Assembly: GCA_001949185.1 (NCBI GenBank)
Contig: BDGG01000003.1
Location: 3,579,158-3,643,157, forward strand
Direction: 5' to 3'
Length of the DNA: 64,000 bases
From: Ramazzottius varieornatus
Lineage: Eukaryota > Animalia > Tardigrada
Both the position numbers and the translations under genes were made by a program. The notes under the pieces were generated by a model. The model was not told the origin of the DNA. It ran no database searches and saw only the letters and a program-made list of their open reading frames with translations. Every line of letters begins with the position of its first letter. Position 1 is the stretch's first letter. Below are positions 38,635 to 50,241 of this stretch, piece by piece.

Positions 38635-38702
38635 TACGCTTACTATGACGCGAGTCACGAAGTTCGAGAAGCATCATGTTACTATATGGCTATGTGTATG
38701 TA

Positions 38703-39480
38703 CATAGGGGGTTCAATAAGTTTTAAAGCTGCGTTCACCAGAAATTCTGTGGTCTTTCGATCTCGGCAACTTTTTGTATAAAGTGAAAGCAACTTATGGG
38801 CAATATTGCAAAATTAGAGCTTGGGCTGGGTAGTCATTTGTTGAGAAAATTTTGTAGGGTATATGAAGGGAAGTTTTTTGAGGGCTCCGCGTTCTCAAAG
38901 AAATTATGCAGTTTCTTCCCATTGCACGTTTGAGTCCGACTTCAGCTCTGGATGAAAGACATCCCGTCTCGTGACTAGTTTGAACAGATGGAAGTTAAGC
39001 CTGACCGCCGTCAAGGCTTGAGAAAAAATTTCATTTTCGCACCAAGCGAAAGTGCGCAAGTGAGAAAATCCACCTAGCGCACTACCGGATCACCAGCTGC
39101 ATTTTGGAAAGTTTCATGTTTTCTCCACCGTGTTTCTATTTCTGATGAAAGTTAGTTTTCACTCTGTATTCCCTTCACACTCTAGTTGCTTTCTGTCGAA
39201 GCGCTAGAAAATCATCTATCCCAGATATTTGAGAAGCAACATTTCCAACATCGGGGCGGATTCACGGGAATAACATTACGAAGTGCGCGAGTTCACGAGG
39301 AAAATCGAAAAACAACTTTTTGCATCTTTCCAAAAAATTATTTCTCCTTCTGTTGGAGTACCAGATACTTCATCTTTTAAGGATAGTGGTTGAAAGAGAT
39401 GGTCTATCTCTTAAAAACGCGCTCTGGAAATTAGCACTTTCAGGTGGGCTGTGCCTCAAAACTTATTGAACCCCCCTATG
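38703..39480. mobile_element. Non-autonomous Tc1/mariner-like element, TA TSD
   Basis: TA-CATAGGGGGTTCAATAAGTTTT ... AAAACTTATTGAACCCCCCTATG-TA. No ORF of note. Confidence 0.85.
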
Positions 39481-39890
39481 TACTATATTATGCAATATCC
39501 GGATATCGTGAATTTGGATCATTTGGTCCCATCAATATTTGCGGAGTATCAGCAGGATCAGTATCTGCATCGAATCACGGAAGAAGTTACGATCACGATT
39601 AACTGGAAGGTTCCCGAGGCGTTGCCTCGTGAGACAAGCGTCTCGATCAGGTGAGAGCAAAGTTCAGGTAGTTCATACGCACAACAAGGATTTAAAGCCG
39701 CTTTATCAACAATTTTCCCAAACATGAGTGTTCACATGGTCAACCCAACAGGAAAATCTTGTTTCGTTAAGCAAGCGAAGCATTCGTTGACGACATCTGT
39801 ACTGACGTAGCGTCTGCAGTCAGGAGGCTTGGGCGGGTCTCTTAGGATAAGGAACTAAAATATTTGAATAGGTACCGGACGAAGATGCCG

Positions 39891-39897
39891 TATATAA
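39891..39897 (+). promoter_or_regulatory. Candidate TATA box of the GT2 gene
   Basis: TATATAA ~145 bp upstream of ATG 40038; position only. Confidence 0.3.
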
Positions 39898-40037
39898 CCT
39901 ACGTAACTGTCTTCCGAGCTCCTTAGTTTCACAACCAAAAAGTTTTTAAGGTTGAAGAAATTTAGACAAAATAATAGTGTTCGGAGCTTTATCCCTGTTG
40001 AATTTCTCACCGTGTACTGAAGTTTGCACTTTGCAAG

Positions 40038-42153
40038 ATGAAACGTCCGTCGGTCAAGGATATTAGTCAGTTAGCTAAGGACACGCTGTTCTCAATCAAT
40101 ATTCTGTCTCCTGAACAGTCGGGATTTGCTTCGCGGAAGACCGGCGATCAGTCATCGTGCAAATCCGAACAGTCCTTGGCGGCTGCCGAGAAGCTCGACA
40201 GCTCGAACAGGTACCTGAGGTGGAACCTTCTATGGTTTGCTTTCTTTTGTGTCTTCTTCATCCCACTTCCGTTCTGGTTGTACCCTTTGAGTTGTTTGGG
40301 AGGCTACATTGCATCTTGTGTCGTTACAATATGGCTGTGTACGGCATTGTTGATTTGCGGACTCAATGCTTCGTTGATAATGCGGAAATGCTACCGAGCT
40401 CGAGACGAAAGGTCACTGGCGCAGTACCAACCCCAAAGTGCGGCGGCGTTGGTAGGTTCACATTGAAAACTATCTCGTGAGAATCTCGAGAATTTTTCGT
40501 AGAATTTTTTCCAAAGTTTTTTCTCTTGGAGAACGTTCTGAATTTAGTTCGTTGTTACTGTGCATTCCATAAAACTGGTCGGAAATTTTAACAATATTTT
40601 TTTTAGGATGGAAGTTCTCCGTTGGTTCACATGGTACTTATGTGTGCCTACAAGGAACCCTTAGAGGTCCTGGTCGCCACATTGGATTCACTGAAACAAC
40701 AGACCGTGGCGAAGCATCTCTTCGTCGTAGTCGCTCTGGAAGAAAAGACGCCTGACGTCACCGCCAAGTCCCTACACCTCATCAGCCGCTACGCCAGTGA
40801 CTTCCTCCACCTAATGGTCACAGTTCATCCTTCCGGAGTCCCCGGCGAACTGCCCGGAAAAAGTAGCAACTCCAACTACGGAGCCCGACAAGGTGTGGAA
40901 CAGATGTTGGAAATGGGCATCCACGACTTTCGGTACTGTACCGCGACAACGTGTGACAGTGACAACATCTTCCCGCCGAAGTACTTTGAGTACTTGGGGT
41001 ATGACTTTCTCCGTCGAGAGAACCGCTATGAGGTTGTATGGCAAGCTCCGCTGTTCTACAACTACAACCTTGACCAGCGTCCCTTCTTCGTTCGAGTCAC
41101 CGGTATCTTCCGAGCGTTCTTCATGATGGGTATCCTGATTCCGCAAGACATCAACACCATGTCGGTCTTCAGTCTGAGTTTACACCTGCTGCAGAATCAA
41201 GACTTCTTTATCCACCCGGCCTACCAGATGGACGATATCATTTGTACGCTACAGCGAATGGTCGCAGTTCACAAACGCGTGCGGATTAAGTTAACTCCTT
41301 ATCCAGTCATATCGGGACCAACTTCCGGTATGAACTCTCATGTGTGAATAACCATTGAAAAACGAAATTTTCGAGCTGGACAAATGAGCTGTAACACGTC
41401 GTCGTCTCAAGCGCCGCTCGTTTTCGTTATTGTTGGCTGGAAGCCTGCGCCACTTGCGTCAGCGATCTGGTTTCGTTCACTGGCCCAGCTCCCATTTTAT
41501 ACTATCAATGTTTTTCATTTTTTCCTTGAGGTTGATATTTTGTTCTGTTTTCTAGAATTTACCTTGTTTAAGTTTTATGGGTTATAAAATCGTACTCATC
41601 GAAAATTTATTCTTTAGGTGTGACATACAAGCAAGAACTCATCGAATGGGCGCGTCAAGGCAGAAGATGGACGATCGGCGCCGCCGAAGTCTTCCACTAC
41701 TTCTGCATCAAATGGTCCAGCTTTGATAACTTTTCCGGGTTCTCCTACGGTGTTCGGTTCACGCACTATTACGGTTTCATAATCTGTGGCATGTCGCTGT
41801 ACAACACGACCAGCTTGATAGCATCGGCCATCTTCAACGGAACCGGCATCTGTAACCCGGCTGACTACCTCATCCACGAGTACTTTGTCTTCCTGCCGCT
41901 GGTGGGTGTGCTGGTATCGTACTTGGTGTACCTGTGGGCTTTCGTTCTTGACCGACTGGGGACGCGTCTGCTCAACGTGAAAGAGAAGATCCATTTCGTG
42001 CGCAACTTCCTGCATTGGTTGAGTGCGCCACTGGTGCTGTTGGCTTACAGCTTGGTGGAGTACTACGCCATCACGGAAGTGGCGGTGCGAGGGAAAGCGG
42101 TGTGTAAACACGGAGCTAGCAAGAAGGATGGCCTAGCGGTACAGAAGTTTTGA
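40038..42153 (+). CDS. Multi-pass GT2-family processive glycosyltransferase (QxxRW)
   Basis: N-terminal TMs; CAYKEP, TVHPSGVPGELPGKSSNSN, TTCDSD (DxD), QMDD, WARQGRRW; C-terminal TMs. Introns ~40455-40607 and 41328-41617. Confidence 0.85.
41370..41494. repeat. Intronic hairpin copy 7 (GT2 intron 2)
   Basis: CAAGCGCCGCTC(41408)-25nt-CTGCGCCACTTG(41456); ends GCCCAGCTCCCA. Confidence 0.85.
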
Positions 42154-42739
42154 TGTGTTTTTAGCTATGTTAGCCAATGGGCAGTTCTCAGTGAGAAGCG
42201 ATCTGTTCTACGATATTCAAAGGAGTTTCCTGCTGTGGGTATATCTAGGTTATTGTTGTACTGTACATGGTTGACTCTTTGATGTTCTTTAGCAGCTTAT
42301 ACCTAAGCAAAGTCCATTGTATCAATAAAGGGAAATCGGACCCAGGACTCGTTCTGCGGTGATCAACGCATGCCCATAGTGTATCTGCTTGAGTTCATAG
42401 TTATCTCTTCCAAGCTCGACAAGACTAATTGTCTAGCTTATCGGTTGTGAATTCTCCTGATATGTCTTCTTCTCTTTACTAATTCAACAGAAGGTAATGA
42501 CTGGTCTGATAAGTTTAGAGTGCTCGATATCTAACCAGCGCCGAATGCATCATTTCCGACACAGACAAGACCACACAAACGACTGTACGTAATACTGTAC
42601 CATACCAAAAGCCAGTTCCGAACAAGGTCTATGATTTATGGATCATAAATGCTGTTCGGGGTGCATAGCAGTTGAATTTTGACGTTCTGCTGGCATAACC
42701 AGTATTTTGGTGAAGGATTTTGTCTCTACAGTCCGCAAG

Positions 42740-44566
42740 ATGGCCAACGTTGAACCTGGGTTGGTTCCGGACTTCGCTGCAGCCTTCCTGGAACGCCTCG
42801 TCGAGCAGGTCCTGAGACAGCATGCTGAGCGATTGTCCGAACTCTCGCAGTCCATATGGGAAAAGCCGGAACTCGCCTTTAAAGAGTTTCATGCCTGTGG
42901 CTTGTTGACGTCATACCTGAAGAAAGAGGGTTATGCAGTGCAAACGTCTTACGGAGGACTGGAGACCGCATTTCTTGGGACATATGAAACTTCAAGCTTC
43001 GACTCGTCCAAGCATCCGACGGTTGCGGTCCTCTGCGAATATGACGCTCTGCCGGAAATTGGTCATGCTTGCGGGTGACATAAAAGCGAAAGCCATGTCA
43101 TTTTGATCACAAACCGTGAAACTAATCAGTTTCTTTGTACCTTTCAGGCACAACCTCATTGCGGAAGCTGGACTGGGAACTTTCATTGCAGTCTGTGAGG
43201 TCCTGAAGACCTCGGATATTCAAGGCAGAGTCTACTGTATGGGTATGCCCGCACTTTTTTCGGGGTCTAATTTCGCTCGTTCTGTAGGAGCTTTATTTGT
43301 AGGAACACCCGCAGAGGAAGCCGGTTCCGGTAAAGTACAGCTGCTTAACGCTGGAGCTTTCAAAGGCGTCGACTTTGCTATGATGATTCACCCGTGTCCC
43401 GTGGACATCCTTGAACCCGCGATTCTGGGCGTGGTCGGTGTAAGTCGATCTTCGATTTCCGTCATTAGGCTGGAACGGACTGCGCTAATCGAACTATAGG
43501 AAATATCTATTCACATTGTAGTTGAAAGTGGAGTTCCACGGCAAATCAGCTCATGCCAGCTGCGGACCTTGGGAAGCTGTCAATGCGCTGGACGCTGCAG
43601 TGGCTGCTTACAATAATATTTCGATGCTGCGGCAGCAGCTGGAACCGGCGTGCCAGGTCCATATGACCATTATGAATGGAGGTTTGGGAATGCCGTCGAT
43701 GCGCACTTGCCGGTCTCCCAAAATAAAGCCAGTTGTCTGTCTGGTCCGTAGGAGTAAAGCCGAATATCATACCGGATTACTCACTCTCGGAATACTACAT
43801 ACGTGCTCCGACTGAGGCCCACATGAAAGATCTAAAGAAGAGAGTATTCAACTGTCTGGAAGCCGCTGCATTAGCCACAGGTTGGCGCTCTTTTTCGGCA
43901 GAGGTTCTGGTTACGGATCTGTGGTTCAGTTGGCTAAGGTTACCGGTTCCTGTAGGTTGCAAATCTAACATCAACTTCACGGAGACAGAAACGAAAGGTT
44001 TGATGTCCAATCAAACCATGCTTTCGGTGTACGGTCATTACGGAAAGAAACACGGTACGTTCTCATGAGGCCTTTAATAGGTTCAGTTCTTTGGGAGGCC
44101 ATCGAGAATAGTTCGTAAAAAGAACTGAAAACGCTTTGGGTATTATGTGAATTTTTAGCCGCATTCACAAGCTTGATTTCCATCCCCTTAGGTATGTTCT
44201 TTCCTCCAATGCGGCCCACATACGGCAGCACTGATATGGGCAACGTATCGGTCGAGGTCCCGAGTATTCACCCGGCGTTTGGTGTGGGCGCGCCCGGGAT
44301 GGAAATGATCCACACAAGGGCTTTCCAGACGTTGACAGGTGAGAACCGGACTCTAGACAAATCCATAGCCTTTTGAGGTGGAGGACCTTTCGTGCATTCG
44401 TTGTCTGTTAGGTCGACCCGAAGCCCACAAAGCAGCCCAGCGGGGAGCTCTGGCTATGAGTATGACAGCATTAAATCTATTGATTGATCCAGACTTCCGG
44501 CACAAAGTCAGAAAAGAATTCGAACTATCCAAACAGACTTTTGTCGGCTCGGCGGGATTCTGCTAA
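42740..44566 (+). CDS. PM20D2: Peptidase M20 domain-containing protein 2, copy A (7 introns)
   Basis: PELAFKE, LCEYDALPEIGHACG|HNLI, GTPAEEAGSGK, MMIHP, NALDA, GSTDMGNVS, IHT. Confidence 0.92.
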
Positions 44567-44991
44567 CATTTACGCATGTTTCTATTTGGTTATGACATGA
44601 TAACAACCTGGTATTTCTTGATAAGAGAAAGCTCGATCAAACCGAATATACCTTTAACGCTGCCTGCTAGACCTCATAAAAAGCAAAAACAGTTTGTCCG
44701 ATCCATAAACCAAAGTCCGCTTGTTCAACACGACACATGTGCACAACACCTGTCAGACTGCTTTTCGATGGAGCTGGCAAATTTTTTTCTACTTTTTGAT
44801 ATCAGGCTTTCGCTGTATGTAAACGCTTCTAAGAGCCAGTTTGTCCCCGTAGAATCTTGTAATTAAACACAGTTGGAAAGCAGAGGGCTCCGCTCCAACC
44901 CTTGCACCATTCGTGTTTCCTCAGCAGTTGAACATTATTGATCTGTGCGCAGCATTTCTGTTCTGCCATCCCGAAAGCGCTTCACTACACC

Positions 44992-46693
44992 ATGGCCAAT
45001 CAACCGATGGTAGTGTCAGAGCAATTGGAGAGTATCGTGCAGTCAATGCTGGAGGATCACGCAGAGCGCTTAGCAGTATTAGCCACCGAGATCTGGAAGA
45101 ATCCGGAACTAAACTACAAGGAAGTGATCGCCGCCAAACTTCTTACGGATTACCTGAAGGAGAATGGCCACAACACGACTCAACCATATGGAGGACTGCA
45201 GACGGCTTTCCTGGCGCAATATCAGACTGCAAATTTCGACGCTTCCAAGCATCCAACCGTGGCTGTCCTTTGTGAATACGACGCCTTACCGGAAATTGGT
45301 CATGCATGCGGGTACAACTCTTAATTGATCTCGTAGCGCTAACAAAATTTAGAATGTGTGTTTTGGTCTTTGTAGGCACAATCTCATCGCAGAAGCCGGC
45401 ATAGGAACCTTCATAGCCGCCACCAAAGCCTTGGAGAACTCGAATCTTCAAGGAAGGGTAAGTGACGAAACGAATACCAAAGCCAGAAAGTTTGAGCTCG
45501 AGCTTGTTTTTTTTGCGAACTCAATATCGTTCTTGTTCCACTTGTACCTTGGTAGGTACGAGTTGTGGGCAGCCCGGCTGAAGAGGGAGGAGGCGGGAAA
45601 GTCCGACTGCTCCATGCCGGTGCGTTTGAAGATGTCGATTTTGCCATGATGGTTCATCCATCCCCTCTGGATATTCTTCATCCTCCTATCTTGGCGATTG
45701 ACCATGTAAGACGCTGGTGGTCGAACTTTCCAAGAGAAGATTTCAGCGTGAAAAATCTTCACGACTGAGCTTAAGGTTATCTACTCCAGGGCATCGCGGA
45801 GTTTCACGGAAGAGCTTCGCATGCTTCACTTGGACCATCGGTCAGTATGACTTCCTGGTTGCGAATTTGGCCGTTTATCCCAGCCGGAAGTATCTCACCG
45901 TTCTTGTCTTTCGTTTCAGGAAGGACTGAACGCCTTAGATGCGGTTGTTCAAGCTTACAACAATCTAGCCATGCTCCGCCAACAACTGAAGCCGAAACAG
46001 CAGCTCCATATGATCATTGCTCATGGAGGAGACCGCCCAAACGTCATACCAAGCTACACCCGCATGGAGTACCACATTCGAGCGCCCACCCAGAAAGACA
46101 TCCAGCAAGTGCGAGCCAAAGTTGCGCTGTGCTTTCAGGCAGCTGCACTGGCTACAGGTAGAAGATCTTGTTACGTCACTGAAGGTCAAGCTTTCGCATA
46201 TCAATGATGTTGTCACAAGTCGGTCTGTTTGCTTTAGGTTGTCAGTTGGAACAAACACTTGATGGCGATAGCTATTCAGCTTTGATGAGCAATCACACCA
46301 TGCTTAGTGTGTTCAAGCATTACCAAGAAAAGCAAGGTGAGTTACACGTAAAATTTTTTGTTTTTACTTGAAATAATTTTGGATGTTTTCCGCTTTCTTA
46401 AATTTTTAGGTACCAAGTTTCCGCCCATTCCTGATCTAGCTGGTGGAAGTACAGACATGGGAGACGTCAGCATCAACATCCCTTCCATCCATCCCGGGAT
46501 TTTTGTGGGCAAGCCCATCATGATCCACACTAAGGAGTTCCAAATGTTAGCAGGAACTCCGGAAGCTCACGGGTACGTCAGGAAAGCGGCAGCGTCTATG
46601 GCTATGCTAACACTGGAGTTGCTCGCCAACCCTTTACTCCGAGAGAAGGTGAGGGCTGAGTTTGCCGCATCAAAGCTAACGTTCGTGGGATGA
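44992..46693 (+). CDS. PM20D2: Peptidase M20 domain-containing protein 2, copy B (6 introns)
   Basis: Same motif set: EYDALPEIGHACG|HNL, SPAEEGGGGK, MMVHP, GSTDMGDVS, IHTKEF. Confidence 0.92.
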
Positions 46694-46889
46694 TTTATTA
46701 TATTTTTTCTTTGAACGGAGCAGAAGATGTATTCACGCGAAGATATTTCAGATGGGCATATGTCATAGTTATAATTATTTTGCTACATTACCCTATCGAA
46801 GATAAACTCTGCATTTTGGTAGTCAGAAGAGATCACTCTCCATAGGTGGGCGGAATAGGTTCGTAGGTGGCAGCACATGTAACGGCGAG

Positions 46890-48335
46890 TCAGGACCCGA
46901 GTTTTGTGACGACACCGGAAACAAGGTCTTGCATAGCCTTAGCTCTGTGTATGCCGACCTGCAGAACTTCTTGATGGTTCGCCGTATCGTCAGAAGTCTC
47001 GTCTTGAATCACCACATTGGTGATGAGTGAAAAGCCCAGAACCTTCATGCCGCAATGTCTTGCTGTGATGACCTCCGAAACAGTGGACATGCCTGTCGAA
47101 CAGAACCCAGTCTTTGAGAAGACTTTGCGAAGACGTAATTCAGTTTCAAAATCTGACGGGGAAGAGTCAAAACATACCGACGACATCTCCGCCCACACTG
47201 CGCAGCATCCGGGCCTCGGCGCAGGTTTCAAACATGGGTCCCCCGACCATGGCGTATGTGCCTTCATGGAAGAAGTCTTGAAACTGACACTCTGGCGCCG
47301 TTTGGCGGGCCAGAGCTCGGAGACCCTTGTCGTAGGCATCATTCATGGGCGGAAATCGAGGTCCCCATCTGAAGCAACGTACGATCGGCGGTCAGAAGCT
47401 ACACATGGCTCGCATGCACTCATTCAAATGCTTTACCTCTCGTCATTTACTCCGCATAAGGCACTAACTCCAGCAAAACCGGCAAAGTTGATGTGGTCCT
47501 TGATCAACATAATATCTCCCACGTGGTATTCTGGATTCAGCCCCCTATCAGGTGAAACTGGCGCACTGCTGTAAGCGGGTACCCAGAAAATATGGTATCG
47601 TCTCGTTGTCTCTTACCCGACTGCGTTGGTGACTATCAAGATTTCCACGCCCAGCAGTTTGAAAATGCGAACTGGAAAAGTAATCTGAAGAGAATCGCTC
47701 TATATTACCTATACATTCTCCGTGTACAGTTATTAGTTTCTTCCGGAAACCTACCTTACCTTCCACTGCGGGTATCCTTCGTATGCGTGGAACCGACCTT
47801 GCATGCACACGACGGGCACCTGCGTGGGACCGAGGAGACCAAATGCCAATCGACCGGCATGGCCCACAACTGTGGCCGTAAAGAGAGATCGATAGATTGA
47901 TTATCAAACAGAATACACCGTCGACATATCGCTAATAGCTAGAGGAATCTAACCTGTACTGACAGGAAAGTTTGGAATATCATGGTAATCGAATATGTCC
48001 GTTTGCTCTAAGGCATTCCCCAATCCTCCCAACCCGGAACCAGCAATCTGTAGACAACCTCCCAGTTGCATTTGCTGACCACGGTACAATTTCCGAGACT
48101 AGATACTGAGGGAAACTTACGATGGCAATCTTGGGACGATGCCGAGTTTTCTCCCGAAGGAAATTCGCTGTCCGGACGTACTCGTCGAAAGGCAAGCTAC
48201 AAACAGAACAGATTACCGGCTGTAATGGACTTTTTAAGGGCGTAAATTCTATGAATTTGCCACTTGACAGTACTCGTACCTGTTCACCGGGACCACGCTA
48301 GCCTCTTCCTTCCGCTCCGCAGGGCCATTCATCAT
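46890..48335 (-). CDS. PNP: Purine nucleoside phosphorylase (trimeric type)
   Basis: [39 protein letters not shown]|[37 protein letters not shown]. Confidence 0.95.
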
Positions 48336-50241
48336 TCTGCAAACGACTTCTTCCAATTTTTTCCCGATTCGGCGGGGCCACTTCAACTCCGCCGCCAAAC
48401 CGTTCAGCCGCGCAGAATGTCAATTTAGAGCGAAGAAGAACTGAAAACAGTGGATCCAGAAGCTTCTTCCAATGCAGACGCAGCTACACTCTGGTCGATT
48501 GATGCTGAACTTCGGTGTACAGTGTTGCGATATAGCATCGTCGGCTTCCCGTTGATCCGAACTTCGGTATGGATTTTCCTCTCTGATGGCGATACATGAC
48601 ATATGTGGTGATAGCCACGGTTTCAACTTGCCTTGAACAGGGCTCTCTCCCGGTTCCCGGTTGTGGGACTTCCATTGTACTTTAGGTGAGGAGGCGGGAA
48701 TATCATCCAGAATCGATCGAGGTTCCCGTTGCATCTCTAACAGAGGTGATGCACAATCGATTATCCTAGAGGTTGATAACCTAGCTGGACGAAAGAAAAA
48801 TTGATTGTAGCCTATTTGTATGGCCCTTTTGTCTTGTAAAGCGGAAAACTGGCTACTTTGTATTGGAGCACTGAATACAAAACTTGTTTATCATAGCCGG
48901 CAAAATATGCACACGTGAAAGTCATCAGCCTGCCTTCCGGCTAGCCTTTGGTCATGGCAAAACGAAGCCTGGTCGAAACAAGTTTTCGAGCTAGAAATCT
49001 TCAGCTTCCCAGCATCGCTTTCCAGCTTCTCAAAGATACAAAAGTGATCACGCGATGATTCTAGACACTTTCTCAGGCTTTCAAAGCGATTTCCACCCAT
49101 AGCTTGCATACCTTTTGTACCACGCTCTCTTTTATGAATATTTGCCTATAATTTCACACTCAGTCCCATCCTCGGTATAAAGTTCAGACATTATTATCGA
49201 TACCACCTTTGGTTTTTATTTGTGTGCATATCACATTATTTGGTGTCGAGCTGTCACCACACGATATCGTAAACTAAAAATGTGGGCAAAGCTGTACGGC
49301 GACTAGAGAAACGTCAAGACGTCATCGACGCGGTTCTGCAGCTGAAACCTGTACAGGTACATAACCATAATGTTCCGTGTAGCCGTTCGGCAACAATCGT
49401 GCCAAAAATGATCACTTTTCCGTTTCAGAATTCTGTCCGCCCCCTTCGCGGTACCTTATCGACACGGTATTGAATTTTACGAAATGATCATTAATCGGCG
49501 TTAATACAAGGAGAAAGTGTTTCTCACACGGCAAAGACCCCACTTTTTTCACCTTATGGCTGACGTTGGCTGATTTCTCCGTCATTTTCGTCTCGACCAT
49601 AACGCATTGCATTGCATGTTCCAAGGACCAAGGTCAATATCGACGGTTATGTAAACTTTATCCGGCACGACGCTAAAACAAACAGTAAGAAACGGTTGTG
49701 ACTGCAGAGCACAATCTCTTGCACGAGCTCATTACAAGCGGTATTCCGTTACTGCCATGCGTCCTGTCATTCCACCGGCGAAGTGACAGCTGCGCGGCAC
49801 TATTCTGCAACTGGACACCGGTAACATTTTTTGTATGGATTTGCTGAAGTTGTCTGCCCGCGGGATTCAGAGACTTACCTGGCAGAAAGTTTCCGCTTGG
49901 ACTATTGGGGCGCTTTTGAAGCACAATGGCTTCCTTTTCATGATCTGCTGAATAATGTGCAGCGTTTCACTGCCATTCAAACTACCTTGCATTTCCGATG
50001 AGCTGTACAGTTTCCTTGAGGTATGGTTGAGGGTCTTTCGTCTGCGGCGTATGTGTGGATACTCGACCAACCAGCGGCAAGTGACACACACTCAGCACGC
50101 TTGTTAACTTCTGATTGAACGGCCCGTAATCGTCTCAACTGTTATCGTTCCCCTACACATCAACTTTCAAGAATGCCGATAGTCAGGTAGCAGTTTTCCC
50201 ATGTCTGCATTGGAGAAGCCAGTCTGATTACTCGTTCGAAG

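Noticed and set aside
16025-42153. Bacterial contamination as the source of the microbial-looking genes
   Set aside because: The AKR and GT2 genes have GT-AG introns, contain host intronic repeats and are flanked by ordinary animal genes.
47556-47570. Lone CTGGCGCAC half-sites (also 1601, 6665, 26712, 42023)
   Set aside because: No partner arm 25 nt away, and several lie in coding or TE sequence. Only 1601 might be a decayed copy.
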